Below are positions 37,287 to 50,797 of a DNA stretch of 64,000 bases, in pieces. The DNA lies in contig OX597819.1 of the NCBI GenBank assembly GCA_951406725.2, forward strand, positions 3,038,001-3,102,000, given 5' to 3'. The notes under the pieces are model-generated. The model made no database searches. It was not told where the DNA came from and was given only the letters and a program-made list of their open reading frames with translations. The translations under genes were made by a program, and so were the position numbers. The DNA is from Octopus vulgaris (lineage: Eukaryota). Numbering within the stretch: the first letter of the stretch is position 1; every line of letters starts with the position of its first letter.

Positions 37287-39048
37287 TATGTTTCAACACA
37301 TGAACTCACATAAAGAATCTTGCAAACCAAATCCAAAAACTAAATATTAGTTGTTTGCAGACATAAAATCCAGGAAACCTTCTTTTCCCCTTTATGCTTA
37401 GTTCTTTACTGTCTGTATCAGAAATGGCGTATCATGGAATTTGTCAAGAATACAAAGAAGTTGCAGTAAAAATGGTATGTTGGATATATAATTATGTTAT
37501 GAAACAAAAAAATTTGAGAAAGTCTGAAATAGACTTAAAATGGTAAGTAAAGTTTAAGGTTTACAACTAATGGAATAAAGGTAATACTCATAGCATTTAC
37601 AAGTCCAACCAGACTGTTGAATTTATGTGGCTAATGTTCAGTGTATATATTTGCAGGTTGATGCATGTATGGAAAATATGGGCAGACAGGGACTTTGGGC
37701 AAAGTATTTAATGCAATGTTTTAAAGACATACTAAAGAATTGAAGACATACTAAAGAGTTGTTTGCAAGTTCAATAAAACCTGATTTTAGTGAGCACGGA
37801 AGAAAGAGAATGGGGATACAATTTGCCAATGACTGGATGTTTGCTGATTACTCAGATGGCCTTTTGGTTATGGTCTGGAATATATATATATGTCACAGTT
37901 ACTTTTCCTTGAATATGTTAGTAGTACTCTAAGGTTGAGCATACTTCCTTGCTTAACAATTCTTCACAGCTGAAGTAGTTGGACCACAAGATAAAAGTTG
38001 GGTTTGCGGAAAAAGACTACGTCAGTCAGACATACAAATATATGAAGAGACTAACTGATACAAAATGTACAAATTGTTAAATAATTCAACCTCAGTGCCA
38101 GCAGTATTTGTAGAAGAAATGTGAGAATGTCAGGAAGAGCTGAGCACATCAAAATTACTGAGAAGGATGAGTTGGTTGAGGCAGGCTTCATCAATTAAGG
38201 GAGATAAAGTCAAACAATTTGATTGTGGTAGGGATGGTTTGAAAAGCAGTTGACACTACAGATGAAAATGTAAAACTATCAAAAAGAATACAATGCCACT
38301 TGTTTTGTGATTTTTTGAAGACATTGCAGAATATATTTGATATTGGATATCTGTAATCAATATTTTTGAATTTCCTTTGGCAGTGAACCAGCAGAATCAT
38401 TTGCACTACAGGCAAAATACTTAGCAGCATTTTGTTTGTCTTAACATTCTGAGTTCAAATTCCTCCAAAGTTGACTTTGCCTTTCATCCTTTTGGGGGTT
38501 GATAAAATAAGTACCAATTGAACACTGGGGTCAACATAATTGACTTACTCCCTTCCCCAAAATTGCTGGCCTTGTGTCAAAAACTTAAAGCAATATTTGA
38601 ACTTTCTAAGGCAACTGACAGAGATTATTTTTCAAACTATATTTCATATTTCCTGGCACCCTATATAAAGTTAATGATCTTTAATGCAGATCTCTGTCAA
38701 CCTGCTATTTCATTAGTACATTATTTGTGATCTGTGCTAAACAGAAATGCTTATTGTAAAACCAAAGAAATACTTTGTAGATTTATTAATATTAGTTTAT
38801 TCTATTTTCAAGTATAAACCCCCCCCCCCCCCCCTGAGAATAGAGTTATTTCTTATCGCTCAGATAAAATGCTATTATTTAATAATACAACCCAATGAAA
38901 GGATTTGAAATTAAAAGACATTATATTTATACATGCATGTACAAAGACAACACCCTTCTTTGTACTGTGATTACTAAAAAAATGTAAAAGATAATGACAG
39001 GAAATAACTGCATTTTTGGGGTTAATTGTAATAAAATGTAAAACTTAC

Positions 39049-39093
39049 ATCAGGAACCAAATGGATATTGTATAAATCCATAAAAAGTGGGGA
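39049..39093 (-). CDS. 45-nt coding exon (SPLFMDLYNIHLVPD)
   Basis: tttattttcag acceptor, gtaagt donor, phase 0->0, open. Confidence 0.7.
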
Positions 39094-39404
39094 CTGAAAA
39101 TAAATTTAAAACACATAAATTAAAATGTAAAAGCTGACAAATCAAAAGTAAAATTATAAAGGAGAGAAAGGTATTAAAACAATTAAATGCATTAAAATGT
39201 ACATTATAATTAAATGTCCTTAATATTTATAATATAATAATGAAATAATTGTATATAGTGCTCAGGGGTGCTACAAAGAAATCTCCTGCCCTTTACTTTT
39301 CTTTGCCTACAGAATAAGTACAATTATTATATTATGAATACATTAGGTATCATAATGAACAGAAAGATATATGCATAATGATGATGATATCATCATGTGT
39401 GTGA

Positions 39405-40290
39405 ATAGCCATGCTAAATGGCAGTGAAACATGGGCCGTGACTGCTGAGGACATTCATAAGCTTGCAAGGAATGAAGCCAGTATGCTCCACTGGATGTGT
39501 AATGTCATTGTGCACACACGAGAGAGTGTAAGCACCCTGAGAGAAAAGTTGAATTTAAGAAGCATCAGATGTGGTGTGCAAGAGAGTTGACTGCACTGGT
39601 GTGGCCATGTGATGCATATAGATGAGGACAGCTGTGTGAAAAAGTGTCACACCCTAGCAGTAGAGGAAACCAGTGGAAGACCTGGAATGAGGTGGTGAAG
39701 CATGACCTTCAGACGTTGGGCCACACCAAAGCGATGACAAGTGGACGAGACCTCTGGAGGTATGTTGTGCTTGAGAAGTGAGACTGTAATCGTGACCTAT
39801 GCCAGTGCAATAAAACAAGCCCATTTAAGAGTACCCTTCAATTATTTGGCAATAAACTGTGCTTGCAAAGACCTGTTGAGGCAAGTGAAGCTATTGTCAT
39901 GGCCAATGACAGTACTGCCTGACTGGCTCCCATGCCGTGGAACCATTCAAACATAGTTGATGCCAGTGCTGGCTGACTGGTCCGATGCTGGTGGCACATA
40001 AAAAGCACCATTTGAGCATGGTCATTGCCAGTGCCACCTGACTGGCTCCCATGCCAGTGTCATGTAAAAAGCACCATTCAAGCGTGGTCAGTGCCAGTAC
40101 CATCTGGCATGTAAAAAACACCCACTAAACTCTCAGAGTGGTTGGCATTAGGAAAGGCATTCAGCTGTAGAAACTTTGCCAGATCAGATTGGAGCCTGAT
40201 GCAGTCTCTTCTGGCTTGCCAGCCCTCAGTGAAACCCATGCCAGCATGGAAAGTGGACGTTAAATGGCGACGATGATGATGATGATGATG
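39405..40290 (+). mobile_element. RTE LINE 3' fragment with UTR and (GAT)n tail
   Basis: GSETWAVTAED-encoding DNA, UTR repeats gtggcacataaaaagcacc, and the family tail. Confidence 0.88.
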
Positions 40291-42602
40291 AATATATATC
40301 ACTATATCACTGTACTGACCAGACTATTGGATGTTGTTATATGCTGCTGGACATAATGACTTCCTCTCATTGTTTTAGCATTTAAAGGATGCTGCCCATT
40401 GGTTAAAAGAGCAAGCCAACACACCCCTGTACAGAATGCCAGTCCATCATAAGATTACTCATTTACAGTTGAGTGAACTGGAAGAATGTGAAATGAAGTT
40501 TTGTTCAAGAACACAATATATTGTTGGTCTGGGAATTGAAACCACAATCTTGCAATCATGAGTACAACACCCTACCCACTAGGCCACACACCTTCACCCC
40601 CCGCCCCATAACTGGATATTAAGTCTTAAATCCAGACGGCTGCTGTCATCATCACCATAATTTTTTTTCCTATGCCTACATCATAATTTTTATGTGTTTC
40701 AAATCAAATGCTATGAGGAATCTAGCCTCCTTATTACATCCAGCATTCATTCCCATCTGGTAATGAAGTTTACTGTCACATTTATGGGTGTTGGAAGGAA
40801 GGTCTGTAACCAAATTTGTCCATGCCTGGATTGCAAACAATCTTCTAGACATTGTTTGGTCTTAGCAGTAGGAACTTGATCCATCAGCAAGTGCAGTAGA
40901 AATAGGGAAACCAAAATGCATTTGATGGCTGAAGAGAGTTATTTATCAACCACTCAGTAATGGTTAATCGACCCAATGGGAAGCAATGACATTCAAATCT
41001 CATTATCACTGGCAATAGCAGCTGTTATAATAACACTTTTAAACTGATACCACTTTGATTGTGTAATGGTGAAATTTACTGTTGCGAGTGCTAAACGTAA
41101 TTACAGCATATTTCCAATAAAAAAGAATGTGTAAGATTAACTGGATCAAGTTAATACATTGTTTCCTTAATTCAGATAAGAATTACTGTACTCATATGAT
41201 TTTAAAGCAAAATAAATGTCAAAGGGAATATTTGAGAGATAATAATAATAATAACTTGCATATCAAAATGAATTATGTTACAAAGAATATGTTGGTCTCC
41301 ATGGATTGAAACAATACAAAAATAATATTGAAAACCACACAATACAAAAACAGATGCAAACAAATGATGAAAATACACAAAAATTTCAGTTGACAATGGA
41401 TGCTAAATAAAGTTGATAGAAAGTAAGAGCAGTTTGTGATAAAAGGTTCAATGAAAATGAATGATTGAATGAAGCTGGACGTGAAAGAGTTCAGAACTAC
41501 AAAAATCATTTTTCAGGTCAAAATTAACAGAGATTAGACAATATTAAAAAAAAAAAAAATATGAAAAGATTTGTTTGTCTCCTCATAATGTATGTGTGTA
41601 TGTCTGCCATATATGTGTTTGTGTGAGAAGAACATTCAGTCTGATATGCTCAACACAAAAACAGCGATATGGCATTTCTTGCAAGCGTCTGTTTTGCTCC
41701 CAAAAATGGAGCCACTTGACCAGTGGAATTAGATAACTCTGGTTTGAGCCAAAATGCTGATAATTTCATTTTAAGTTTCTTGTAGTATTCTGTCAAGAGA
41801 GATATTAAGCTATGCAGCAGTGATTGGGTTAAACCAGTGAGACAGGTATGTCATGAAAATTGTTTACACAAATTCAGGACATTGATGTAATGAAACTGTC
41901 AATGAAAGAAAAAGTGCTGCTATAATCTAAGCCTTAAAATGATCTTAATAACGACAAATTAATAAATAAGATTAATAATGATAATCTAATAAGATTATGT
42001 TGTAATCATGATCACCAGATTGTGGGTTTGACTCCTGGACTGAGTGGTATGTTGTGTTCTTGAGCAAAACCATTTCACATTGCTTCAGTCCACTCAGCTG
42101 TAAATGGGTAACCCTGTGACGGATTAGACTTCAGGGGAATGCTGGCCCTGCTCACCAAGCTAGTCGGGTGACATCATTTGAAATTGAAAAAAACAAAAAC
42201 AATGTAAAGCACATAGTGAATTTTCATACTTATAATTGTTTTTGGTTTCTTGTATGTCCATAAATTGTTGGTGACAGAACAGAAGTCACCACCCATGAGA
42301 AAATACAAAAAAAATGTATCAATGATAACAAAATAGAAGAAAAAAAAAAGCAGTAGTGTAAAATAAGCCAACTTTAGATAAGTTCAAATATGTTTGGAAG
42401 ATATTTGATCCAGAAAAGGTAACTGTCAAGAGAAAAATTCTCTCTATTTTAACTGATCTAAAGTTTGTATATTTTACACCATTGCACTGCAGGCCGCCCA
42501 TACATTCTGTTCTGGCCTGATTGCCAAAGCATGAAACAGGAATTATCCCATTGGAGACCTATAACCGACATACTTTTATTTATCAAATGTCATATAGAAA
42601 TA

Positions 42603-44664
42603 TTTAACCAGGTGATACATGAAGGAGTCATACCCAGTGACTGGTGTAGCAGCATAATAGTCAACTACTACAAAAGTAAAGGTGATGCTTTAGATACAAA
42701 AAATTACTGAGGTATCAAGTTGTTGGATCAGGTAATGAAGGTCATGGAGAGGGTCATAGCCCAACTAATTAGGGAGAGAGACAGTTTAGATGAGATACAG
42801 TTTGGGTTCGTGCCAGGGAAAAGCATCACTGATGCCATATTTCTGGTAAGACAGCTGCAGGAGAAATACCTAGCCAAAGATAAGCCCCCGATCCCTTATT
42901 TGGTGGTCAATGAGGAAACTAGGGATAGATGAATGGTTAGTGAGAGCTGTGCAAGCCATGTACAGGGACTCTGTCAATAAGGTGAGGGTTGGCAACAAGT
43001 ACAGTGAAGAATTCCGGGTAGAGGTAGGGATCCACTAAGATTCAGTCCTAAGCCCCCTCCTATTTATCATAGTCCTCCAGGCAATAATGGAGGACTTCAA
43101 GACAGGATGCCCCTGGGAGCTCCTCTATGCTGACGACCTTGCTCTAATTGCCGAGTCACTTTCAGAACTAAAGGAGAAGTTTCAGGTGTGGAAGCAAGGA
43201 TTAGAATCGAAGGGCCTTAGGGTCAACCTAGCTAAAACTAAAGTTCTAATAAGTAGGATGGCAGGCAAACCACAAATCCCTTCAGGTAAATGGCCCTGCT
43301 CGATCTGTAGAAAAGGCATAGGTAGAAACTCTATAAGATGTACCCAGTGTAAGCTATGGACACATAAGAGGTGCAGTAATATCAAAGGAAAGCTAACTGG
43401 GAAGATAGTTTTTGTATGTGGCAGATGCTCAGGAGCAATAAACACTGAAAATGTGCAGAGACCATCTTCCGCCACATTCCAAGGAGAAAAACTAGAAGTA
43501 GTTGATAGCTTCCATTACCTAGGTGACCAAGTCAGTAGTGGGGGGTGGGTGCTCTGAAAGTGTAGCTGCTAGAATAAGAATAGCCTGGGCAAAGTTCAGA
43601 GAGCTCCTACCTCTGCTAGTGACAAAGGGCCTCCTGCTCAGAGTAAAAGGTAGACTGTATGATGCATGTGTATGAACAGCCGTGCTACATGGCAGTGAAA
43701 CATGGGCCGTGACTGCTGAGGACATGCGTAAGCTCGCAAGGAATGAAGCCAGTATGCTCCGATGGATGTGTAATGTCAGTGTGCATACTTAACAGAGTGT
43801 AAGTGCCTTGAGAGAAAAGTTGGACCTAAAAAGCATCAGATGTGGTGTGCAAGAGAGACGACTGCGCTGGTATGGTCATGTGGGGAGAATGGATGTGGAT
43901 AGCTGTGTGAAAAAGTGCCACACCCCAGTGGTTGCAGGAACCTGTGGAAGAGGTAGACCCAGGAAGACCTTGGATGAGGTGGTGAAGCATGACCTTCGAA
44001 CTGAAGCAATGACTAGCGACCAAGACCTTTGGAAATATGCTGTGCTTGAGAAGACTCGGCAAGCTCAAGTGGGACCATAACCTTATGGCCTATGCCAGGG
44101 GTGTAACCAGCTCACTTATGCGTACCTTTCCTTCATTGGACACTAAACTCTGCTTGCGAAGACCTGTTGAGGCAAGTGAAATTGAAATCAAATTTGATGA
44201 CTGGCATCCGTGCTAGTGGAGGACTAAGAGTGCCATACGAGCATGATCGTTGCCAGAGCAACTGGCCTTCGTGCCGGTGGCATGTAAAAAGCACCATTCA
44301 AGTGTGATCATTACCTGCATCGCCTTACTGGCACCTGTGCTGGTAGCACGTGAAAAACAACATTCGAGCGATGTCATTGCCAGTGCCGCTGGACTGGCTC
44401 CTGTGCAGGTGGCTCATAAAAAGCACCATTTGAGTGTAGCCGTTGCCAGTACCGCCTGATTGGCCCTCGTGCCTGTGGCACGTAAAAGCACCCACTACAC
44501 TCTCAGAGTGGTTGGCGTTAGGAAGGGCATCCAGCTGTAGAAACTCTGTCAGATCAAATTGGAGTCTGGTGCAGCCATCTGGTTTGCCAGACCTCAGTCA
44601 AATCGTCCAACCCATGCTAGCATGGAAAGCGGACGTTAAACAATGATGATGAAGATGATGATGA
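42603..44664 (+). mobile_element. 5'-truncated, disrupted RTE LINE of the same family
   Basis: Same RT motifs with stops and frameshifts, followed by 3' UTR repeats and (GAT)n tail. Confidence 0.93.
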
Positions 44665-47541
44665 ATATATAAATGCATATTTTATTAATTTATTTGTGAA
44701 TTTCTAATATGAAAAATCTATTTTTTCAAAATATTTTTCAATCTTAAACTAATTAAAGAATAAGCAAACAATTATTTGAGAAAGCAGATTATAACAGATT
44801 TAAGCTAATTGATTAAAAATGAAAATAGTGTTGTTAAAACTCTGGGACAGAACAGAGATGAGATGGATAGACTATATTTGGTATCAGGATATGGACTATA
44901 AAGATAAAACATTTCTGGTGGGAGAGTTTAAAATTTTGGCACAAGGCCAGCAAGCTCAGGGAGGGGTTGAGCCAATTACATTGATCTCAGTGCTCAACTG
45001 GTACTTATTTTGTTGATCCCAAAAAGATGAAAGCCAAAGTTGAGCTCGGTACATAAAGGTGGATGAAAAGCCGCTAAGTATTTTGTTTGGTATGCTAATG
45101 ATTCTACCAGCTCACCACCTTTGATGGGAATGTATTTTCACAATAAGATTATCTGGTTTGAGTATTGTCTGGAAGAATTTAACTTTCCTTATTCTAATGG
45201 TTCCGGGTTCATTCCCACTGTGTGGCACCTTGGGCAAGTGTCTTCTACTATAGCCTCGGGCCGACCAAAGCCTTGTGAGTGGATTTGGTAGATGGAAACT
45301 GAAAGAAGCCTGTCATATGTATATGTGTATATATATATATGTATGTATGTGTGTGTGTGTGTGCTTATGTGTTTGTGTTTGTCCTCCCAACATCGCTTGA
45401 CAACTGATGGTGGTGTGTTTACGTCCCCGTAACCTAATGGTTCGGCAAAAGAGACTGATAGAATAAGTACTAGGCTTACAAAGAATAAGTCCTGGGGTCG
45501 ATTTGCTCGACTAAAGGTGGTGCTCCAGCATGGTCATAATTAAATTACTGAAATAAGTAAAAGAGTAATGATGTGGGAATTTAAAAGTAGTAGTGTACAA
45601 ACAGTATTAAGTTGTACAGCGTTCAAATTTTGCTAGGATCAGTTTTGTCTTTTCTTATTCCCAGGGATTACTAAAGAAAGTACCAGTTATGTTCTAAGAT
45701 TAATTCATCTGACAGCAGTCTTTCCATAAAACTTGTGGCCATGAGCGACTTAAAATAACAGTGTTGATTTCAAAAATATAGTTGTTTTTATTATGTACCA
45801 ATACTCTGCAAGTCTCAAACATTGGGACTCACAGAGGAGGTGACAGGGGACTGAGACCCCTGGCGGTTTACTGTGCTTGAAAAGACATTTCAAGTTAAGT
45901 AAAAATGTGGTTGCCCTTGCATATAGGCTGGTTCCTTGCAACCCTCTCCGGCTGAGCATTCCTAATCTTGCGGGTTCGTATTTGCTGGTGCCACGTAAAA
46001 AGCATTTGTACCAGTGCTGCATAAAAGCACCCATACCAGTGTTGTGTAAAAGTACCGAATACATTCTGTAAAGTGGTTGGCATCAGGAAGGGCATCCAAC
46101 CGTAGAAACCATGCCAAAAGAGACTTACAGCCTGAACAGCCCTTCAGCTGGTCAGCTCTGTCCAATCCATGCCAGGAAAGAAAACGGATGTTAAATGATG
46201 ATAATGATGAGTTGTTTTTATGTACCCCATATAAAAATTTATATACATGCATTGTTCACTATACAATTCTAGATAGGTTTAAAGATATATTTCTAGGTAT
46301 ATGTATATCCTAAAACTTACAAATAAATTTAAGTATATAAGATAAGGGAACTGATGATAAATCGAGAAGCTGGTGACCAAAATGTAATGCAGATAGAACT
46401 AGGACTGAAATTGTGTGATATGGGTTAATGAGTCTAACAAACCTTAGAACAGAAAATTTTAAATGCTCCCCATATAATGTTGCAAACCACCTGCTTCTAC
46501 TCACTTTGTGTCTCGTGGGGCTACTTGGGCACTTCATTGTTATTATCTCTTTGCAGCCCCTACTGATCATTCATTTCTCTTTCTCTTCTTCAAAATGGGA
46601 GTAGTTATGCAGATCCTCCGCAAGAACCTGCTTTGACAATCTTTCCCTTTTAGTGTAACTCCTTGTTTCCAAGTCCTAAGCTGACCACCCACCACCACAC
46701 CCAGGTTTCATAGTTCTATGAGCTACAAAGGAATCTCAGTAGTGTGGGTGGCATATAAAAAAGCATTCCTTACACATTGTAAAGTGGTTGGCATTAGGAA
46801 GGACTTCCAGCTGTAGAAACCATGCCAAAGCAGACATTGGAGTATGACGCAGTCCTTGGATACATAGGATCCTATCAAACAGACCAACCCATGCCAGCAT
46901 GGAACATGGATATCAAATGATGATGATGATGGTGATGAAATATGAAGCTATGCTTATCTTGGTTTACAAAATAGAAACTATTTATGTGAAATACAAAATA
47001 GTCCTACCTTATTTTTTGAATTGATGTTATTCCCATGGATATGTTTTGTTTTGACATTTAAGGCTAACCATTTGGGAGACAGAATAACTAGACAAAGTAT
47101 TATATAGAAATATAATAAAGTTCATGATATTAGGCAGGAGGTAATCTCACTGGTAATTAAATAATAATAATTATCCTTACTTTAGTATACACTAAGATAT
47201 AGCTATTTTGTTATGTAATTTTGCTTGTGATATTTCAGAGTTGTTGAACACCCATGGATGCCATTAAACTGGAAACTGAAGTTAGCTTCCCGTCAGCCAT
47301 ATTGTTATATGTATTTTCAATAATCAAATTTCAGTGTGAAGTCATTCTGTCACCCAGACTTTGTTGTATCAGACAAAATGAAGTTATTAAGTTACATAAT
47401 AAATACCAACTTGTTTCTAAATACAATTTTTGTGGCAATTTTGATTCTTGTTGACAGATGACCGTGCAAAGACTGAGTGAAAAATAACAACACAGCTACA
47501 TAATAAAATTCATACAGCAATATAAAGAGAGAATATCTTAC

Positions 47542-47660
47542 TGGATCCCATTGATTAAAAGACTGTCTGTCATCAATAAACATATCTTCATCCTGTTTAG
47601 GTAGTGGCTTGTTAAAGGGGCTGACCAAGGAATCAATTTCTTTCTTTGATTTACTGCCAA
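47542..47660 (-). CDS. Coding exon, N-terminal linker ((V)GSKSKKEIDSLVSPFNKPLPKQDEDMFIDDRQSFNQWDP)
   Basis: Strong ttttcttctgttctag acceptor, gtaaga donor, open in phase 1->0. Confidence 0.75.
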
Positions 47661-47784
47661 CTAGAACAGAAGAAAATGGAAATAAATAATCACAATTCTA
47701 AAGAAAAGAGAAGTGATAAAAAAAATCTGTTAATTATACTAAAGTACTACTGAGTTTCAGCTACAGAATTATTAAAATGCATAC

Positions 47785-47803
47785 CTGTAGCAATGGCAGG
47801 TAA
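47785..47803 (-). CDS. 19-nt microexon of PH-actin-fold gene (LPAIAT)
   Basis: ttttttaacag acceptor and CAG|gtatgc donor. Phase 0->1 links the flanking exons in frame. Confidence 0.65.
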
Positions 47804-47967
47804 CTGTTAAAAAAATTAGTATAATTTGTTTTATTATTTTAACCAGGTACTCCAATGTAAACATATAACACCAAATCTAAGGGTTTCACATGAAACCCTT
47901 AAAAAAAAAAAACCTGGAAAAAGGAAAATCATTTACCCATACCAACAACTGTATGGCTTCTACTCAC

Positions 47968-47993
47968 CATCACAATTCCTGTAAGGCTACCAT
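47968..47993 (-). CDS. 26-nt microexon of PH-actin-fold gene ((N)GSLTGIVM)
   Basis: tcttgcatttcag acceptor and gtgagt donor. Open only in phase 1->0, which fits both neighbours. Confidence 0.65.
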
Positions 47994-48499
47994 CTGAAAT
48001 GCAAGATATATCTTTGTGTATCATATACAAGCTCTGCCATCTCTCATTGCTAAAAGGATTTCTTCAATTTTAAAGAATTTTCCTTCCCTCTGCTATTCAA
48101 ACATGATAGCTCTCTAAGCTATCATGTTTGAAGAGTGGAAGGAAGGAAGATTCCATAAGCTGTACTCCTACCAAAAAATACTTCATACTTGATGCCCACC
48201 TTGCATCCAACTCAACATTGTAGAGAACATGAATAATTCCTCCAAATATTTTCTTCTCTGTTTCACCAGTTTCATCACCATAAACATACATGCTGAGTGA
48301 AAAAATATCTGGCTTATTCAAACCAATAAAACCAATGGCCCCGACTATCTTACATTTATTCCCTTGCTAATTCTTTATTAGTTTGATCAGCAGATGGGTT
48401 ATGTTCATGAACTTCTAAAGCCTTCAAAGATAGGTAAAACTGATTTTGTTAATGTTACAAGTTTACAGTTACATTGAAACGTGTAGAGAGGAAATTCCA

Positions 48500-49130
48500 G
48501 CAGTCTGATATTCTAGAAAGGAAGTTTTAGACAGGTTTTAGTGTGCAACTAATGAGAGTAGGAGAAACAAATCAAATTTGGAAGTGCCTGAATGGAGACA
48601 ACATGAGATCAGCAACTATGAGGTACAAATGCCCCACTGTAGTAGCTGTTTGTTTATTCCTTTTTATGATTTTTATATGTGGCTGGCAGTTCTGTTGCTG
48701 GTATGAAAAGTAGAAAGCGGAAACATCTGTGGGCCACAAGTTGGAGAGTATAGGCAAGCAACTTCATACCAATCAGCCAAAAAGTTATTTTTCAGAAGAG
48801 AACGGTGCCTAAGTGTGTAGCAGCAGCACATCCCAGTTGTATGAGCAGCATTCCATAGTAGGTCTTACTGGTATTTTGCAAAGGGATACTAGTTGTTCAA
48901 AGTATATTCTGACTACCAAGAAGGTCACTTTGAGATGCAGTATTTGCTAAGTTGAAGATCCCTTGATGGTGAAGTCTAGCATTTGTAACCATCTTGAGAA
49001 TTCTTGTTACATGCTTAAGAGTTGGGGTGCAATTATGTTTTCTTGAAATGTGTAGTGGAAGGAAACAAGATTAGACTGGCTTCATTTGAGGATAAATTAT
49101 TCCCAATCTCTGTTCATGGAGTCATTGTAG
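48500..49130 (-). mobile_element. Old CR1/Jockey-type LINE RT C-terminal remnant
   Basis: LVSLCKIPVRPTMECCSYNW resembles the L..LYK..IRP.MEYCS.VW motif. Confidence 0.5.
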
Positions 49131-49195
49131 GTTTGGCTTAAAACGTTTAGATTGCACCATGAACCTCATTCTTAACATAATTCTCTTTCCCCTCA

Positions 49196-50797
49196 TGTGC
49201 AGGGACTCTGTCAGTAAGGTGAGGGTTGGCAACGAGTACACTAAAGAATTCAGGGTAGAGGTAAGCGTCCACCAAGGTTCAGGCCTCAGCCCCCTCCTAT
49301 TTATCATAGCCCTCCAGGCAATAACGGAGGACTTCAAGACAGGATGCCCCTCGGAGTTCCTATATGCTGATGACCTTGCTCTAATTGCTGAATCACTATC
49401 AGAACTAGAGGCAAAGTTTCAAGTGTGGAGACAAGGATTAGAATCGAAGGGCCTTAAAATCATCCAAGCTAAAACTAATGTCCTAATATGTAGGAAGGTA
49501 GACAAATCACAAACACCCTCAGATTGATGGCCCTGCTCAATCTGTAGAAAAGGCGTAGGTAGAAACTCTATAAGATGCACCAAGCGTAAGCTATGGACAC
49601 ATAAGAGGTGCAGCAATGTCAAAGGAAGGCTAACTGGGAAGATAGTTTTTGTATGTGGCAGATGCTCAGGAGCAATAAACACTGAAAATGCTCAGAGACC
49701 AACTTCTGCCACATTCCAGGGAGAAAAACTAGAAATTGTTGATAGCTTCTGTTACCTAGGTGACCAAGTCAGTAGCAGGGGGCAGGTGTGCTGAAAGTGT
49801 AACTGCTAGAGTAAGAATAGCCTGGGCAAAGTTCAGAGAGCTCTTACTTCTGCTGGTGGCAAAAGGCCTCTCGCTCAGAATAAAAGGCAGACTGTATGAC
49901 GCATGTGTACGAACAGCCATGCTACATGGCAGTGAAACTTGGGCCGTGACTGCTGAGGATATGTGTAAGCTCACAAGAAATGAAGCCAGTATGCTCCGAT
50001 GGATGTGTAATGTCAGTGTTCATACTCAATAGAGTGTAAGTACCTTGAGAGAAAAGTTGAACCTAAGAAGCATCAGTTGTGGTGTGCAAGAGAGACGCTT
50101 GTGCTGGTATGGTCATGTGGCAAGAATGGATGAAGATAGTTGTGTGAAAAAGTGCCACACCCTAGTGGTTGAGGGAACCTGTGGAAGAGGTAGACCCAGG
50201 AAAACCTGAGACGAGGTGGTGAAGCACGACCTTCGAACTTTAGGTCTCACCAAGGAAATGACCAGAGACCAAGACCTTTGGAAGTATGCTGTGCGTGGGA
50301 AGACCTGGCAGGACAAGTGAGCCCATAACCCGTGGCCTCTACCTGGGACGTAGCCAGCCCACTTATGCATACCTTTCCTTTTTGTGACACAAAACTCTAC
50401 TTGTGAAGACCTGTTGAGGCAAGTGAAAATCAAAATCGAAATTGTTCAACATCAATGGAAATTGTAGCTGTGATACCAGTGCCGGTGGCACATAAGAGGA
50501 CCATCTGAAAGTGGCCGTTGCCAGCGCCACCCAGACTGGCGTCTGTGCTGGTGGCACGTAAAAAGCACCATCTGATTGTGGCTGTTGCCAGCCTCGTCTG
50601 GCACCCGTGCCGGTGGCACGTAAAAAGCACCCACTACACTCATGGAGTGGTTGGCGTTAGGAAGGGCATCCAGCTGTAGAAACACTGCCAGATCAGACTG
50701 GGCCTGGCGCAGCCTTCTGGCTTCCCAGACCCCAGTTGAACCGTCCAACCCATGCTAGCATTGAAAACGGACGTTAAATGATGATGATGATGATGAT
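49196..50797 (+). mobile_element. 5'-truncated, disrupted RTE LINE of the same family
   Basis: HQGSGLSPLLF, YADD and Cys-rich finger. Single-copy 3' UTR and (GAT)n tail. Confidence 0.93.

Noticed and set aside
46310-46570. ORF with RSRWFATLYGEHL resembling PH beta2
   Set aside because: No usable splice sites in frame. The true PH beta1-3 exon is at 34878-35021.
47392-47472. Possible exon after a 69-nt intron (SLHGHLSTRIK...)
   Set aside because: Weak donor and no homology, and it is not needed for frame continuity.
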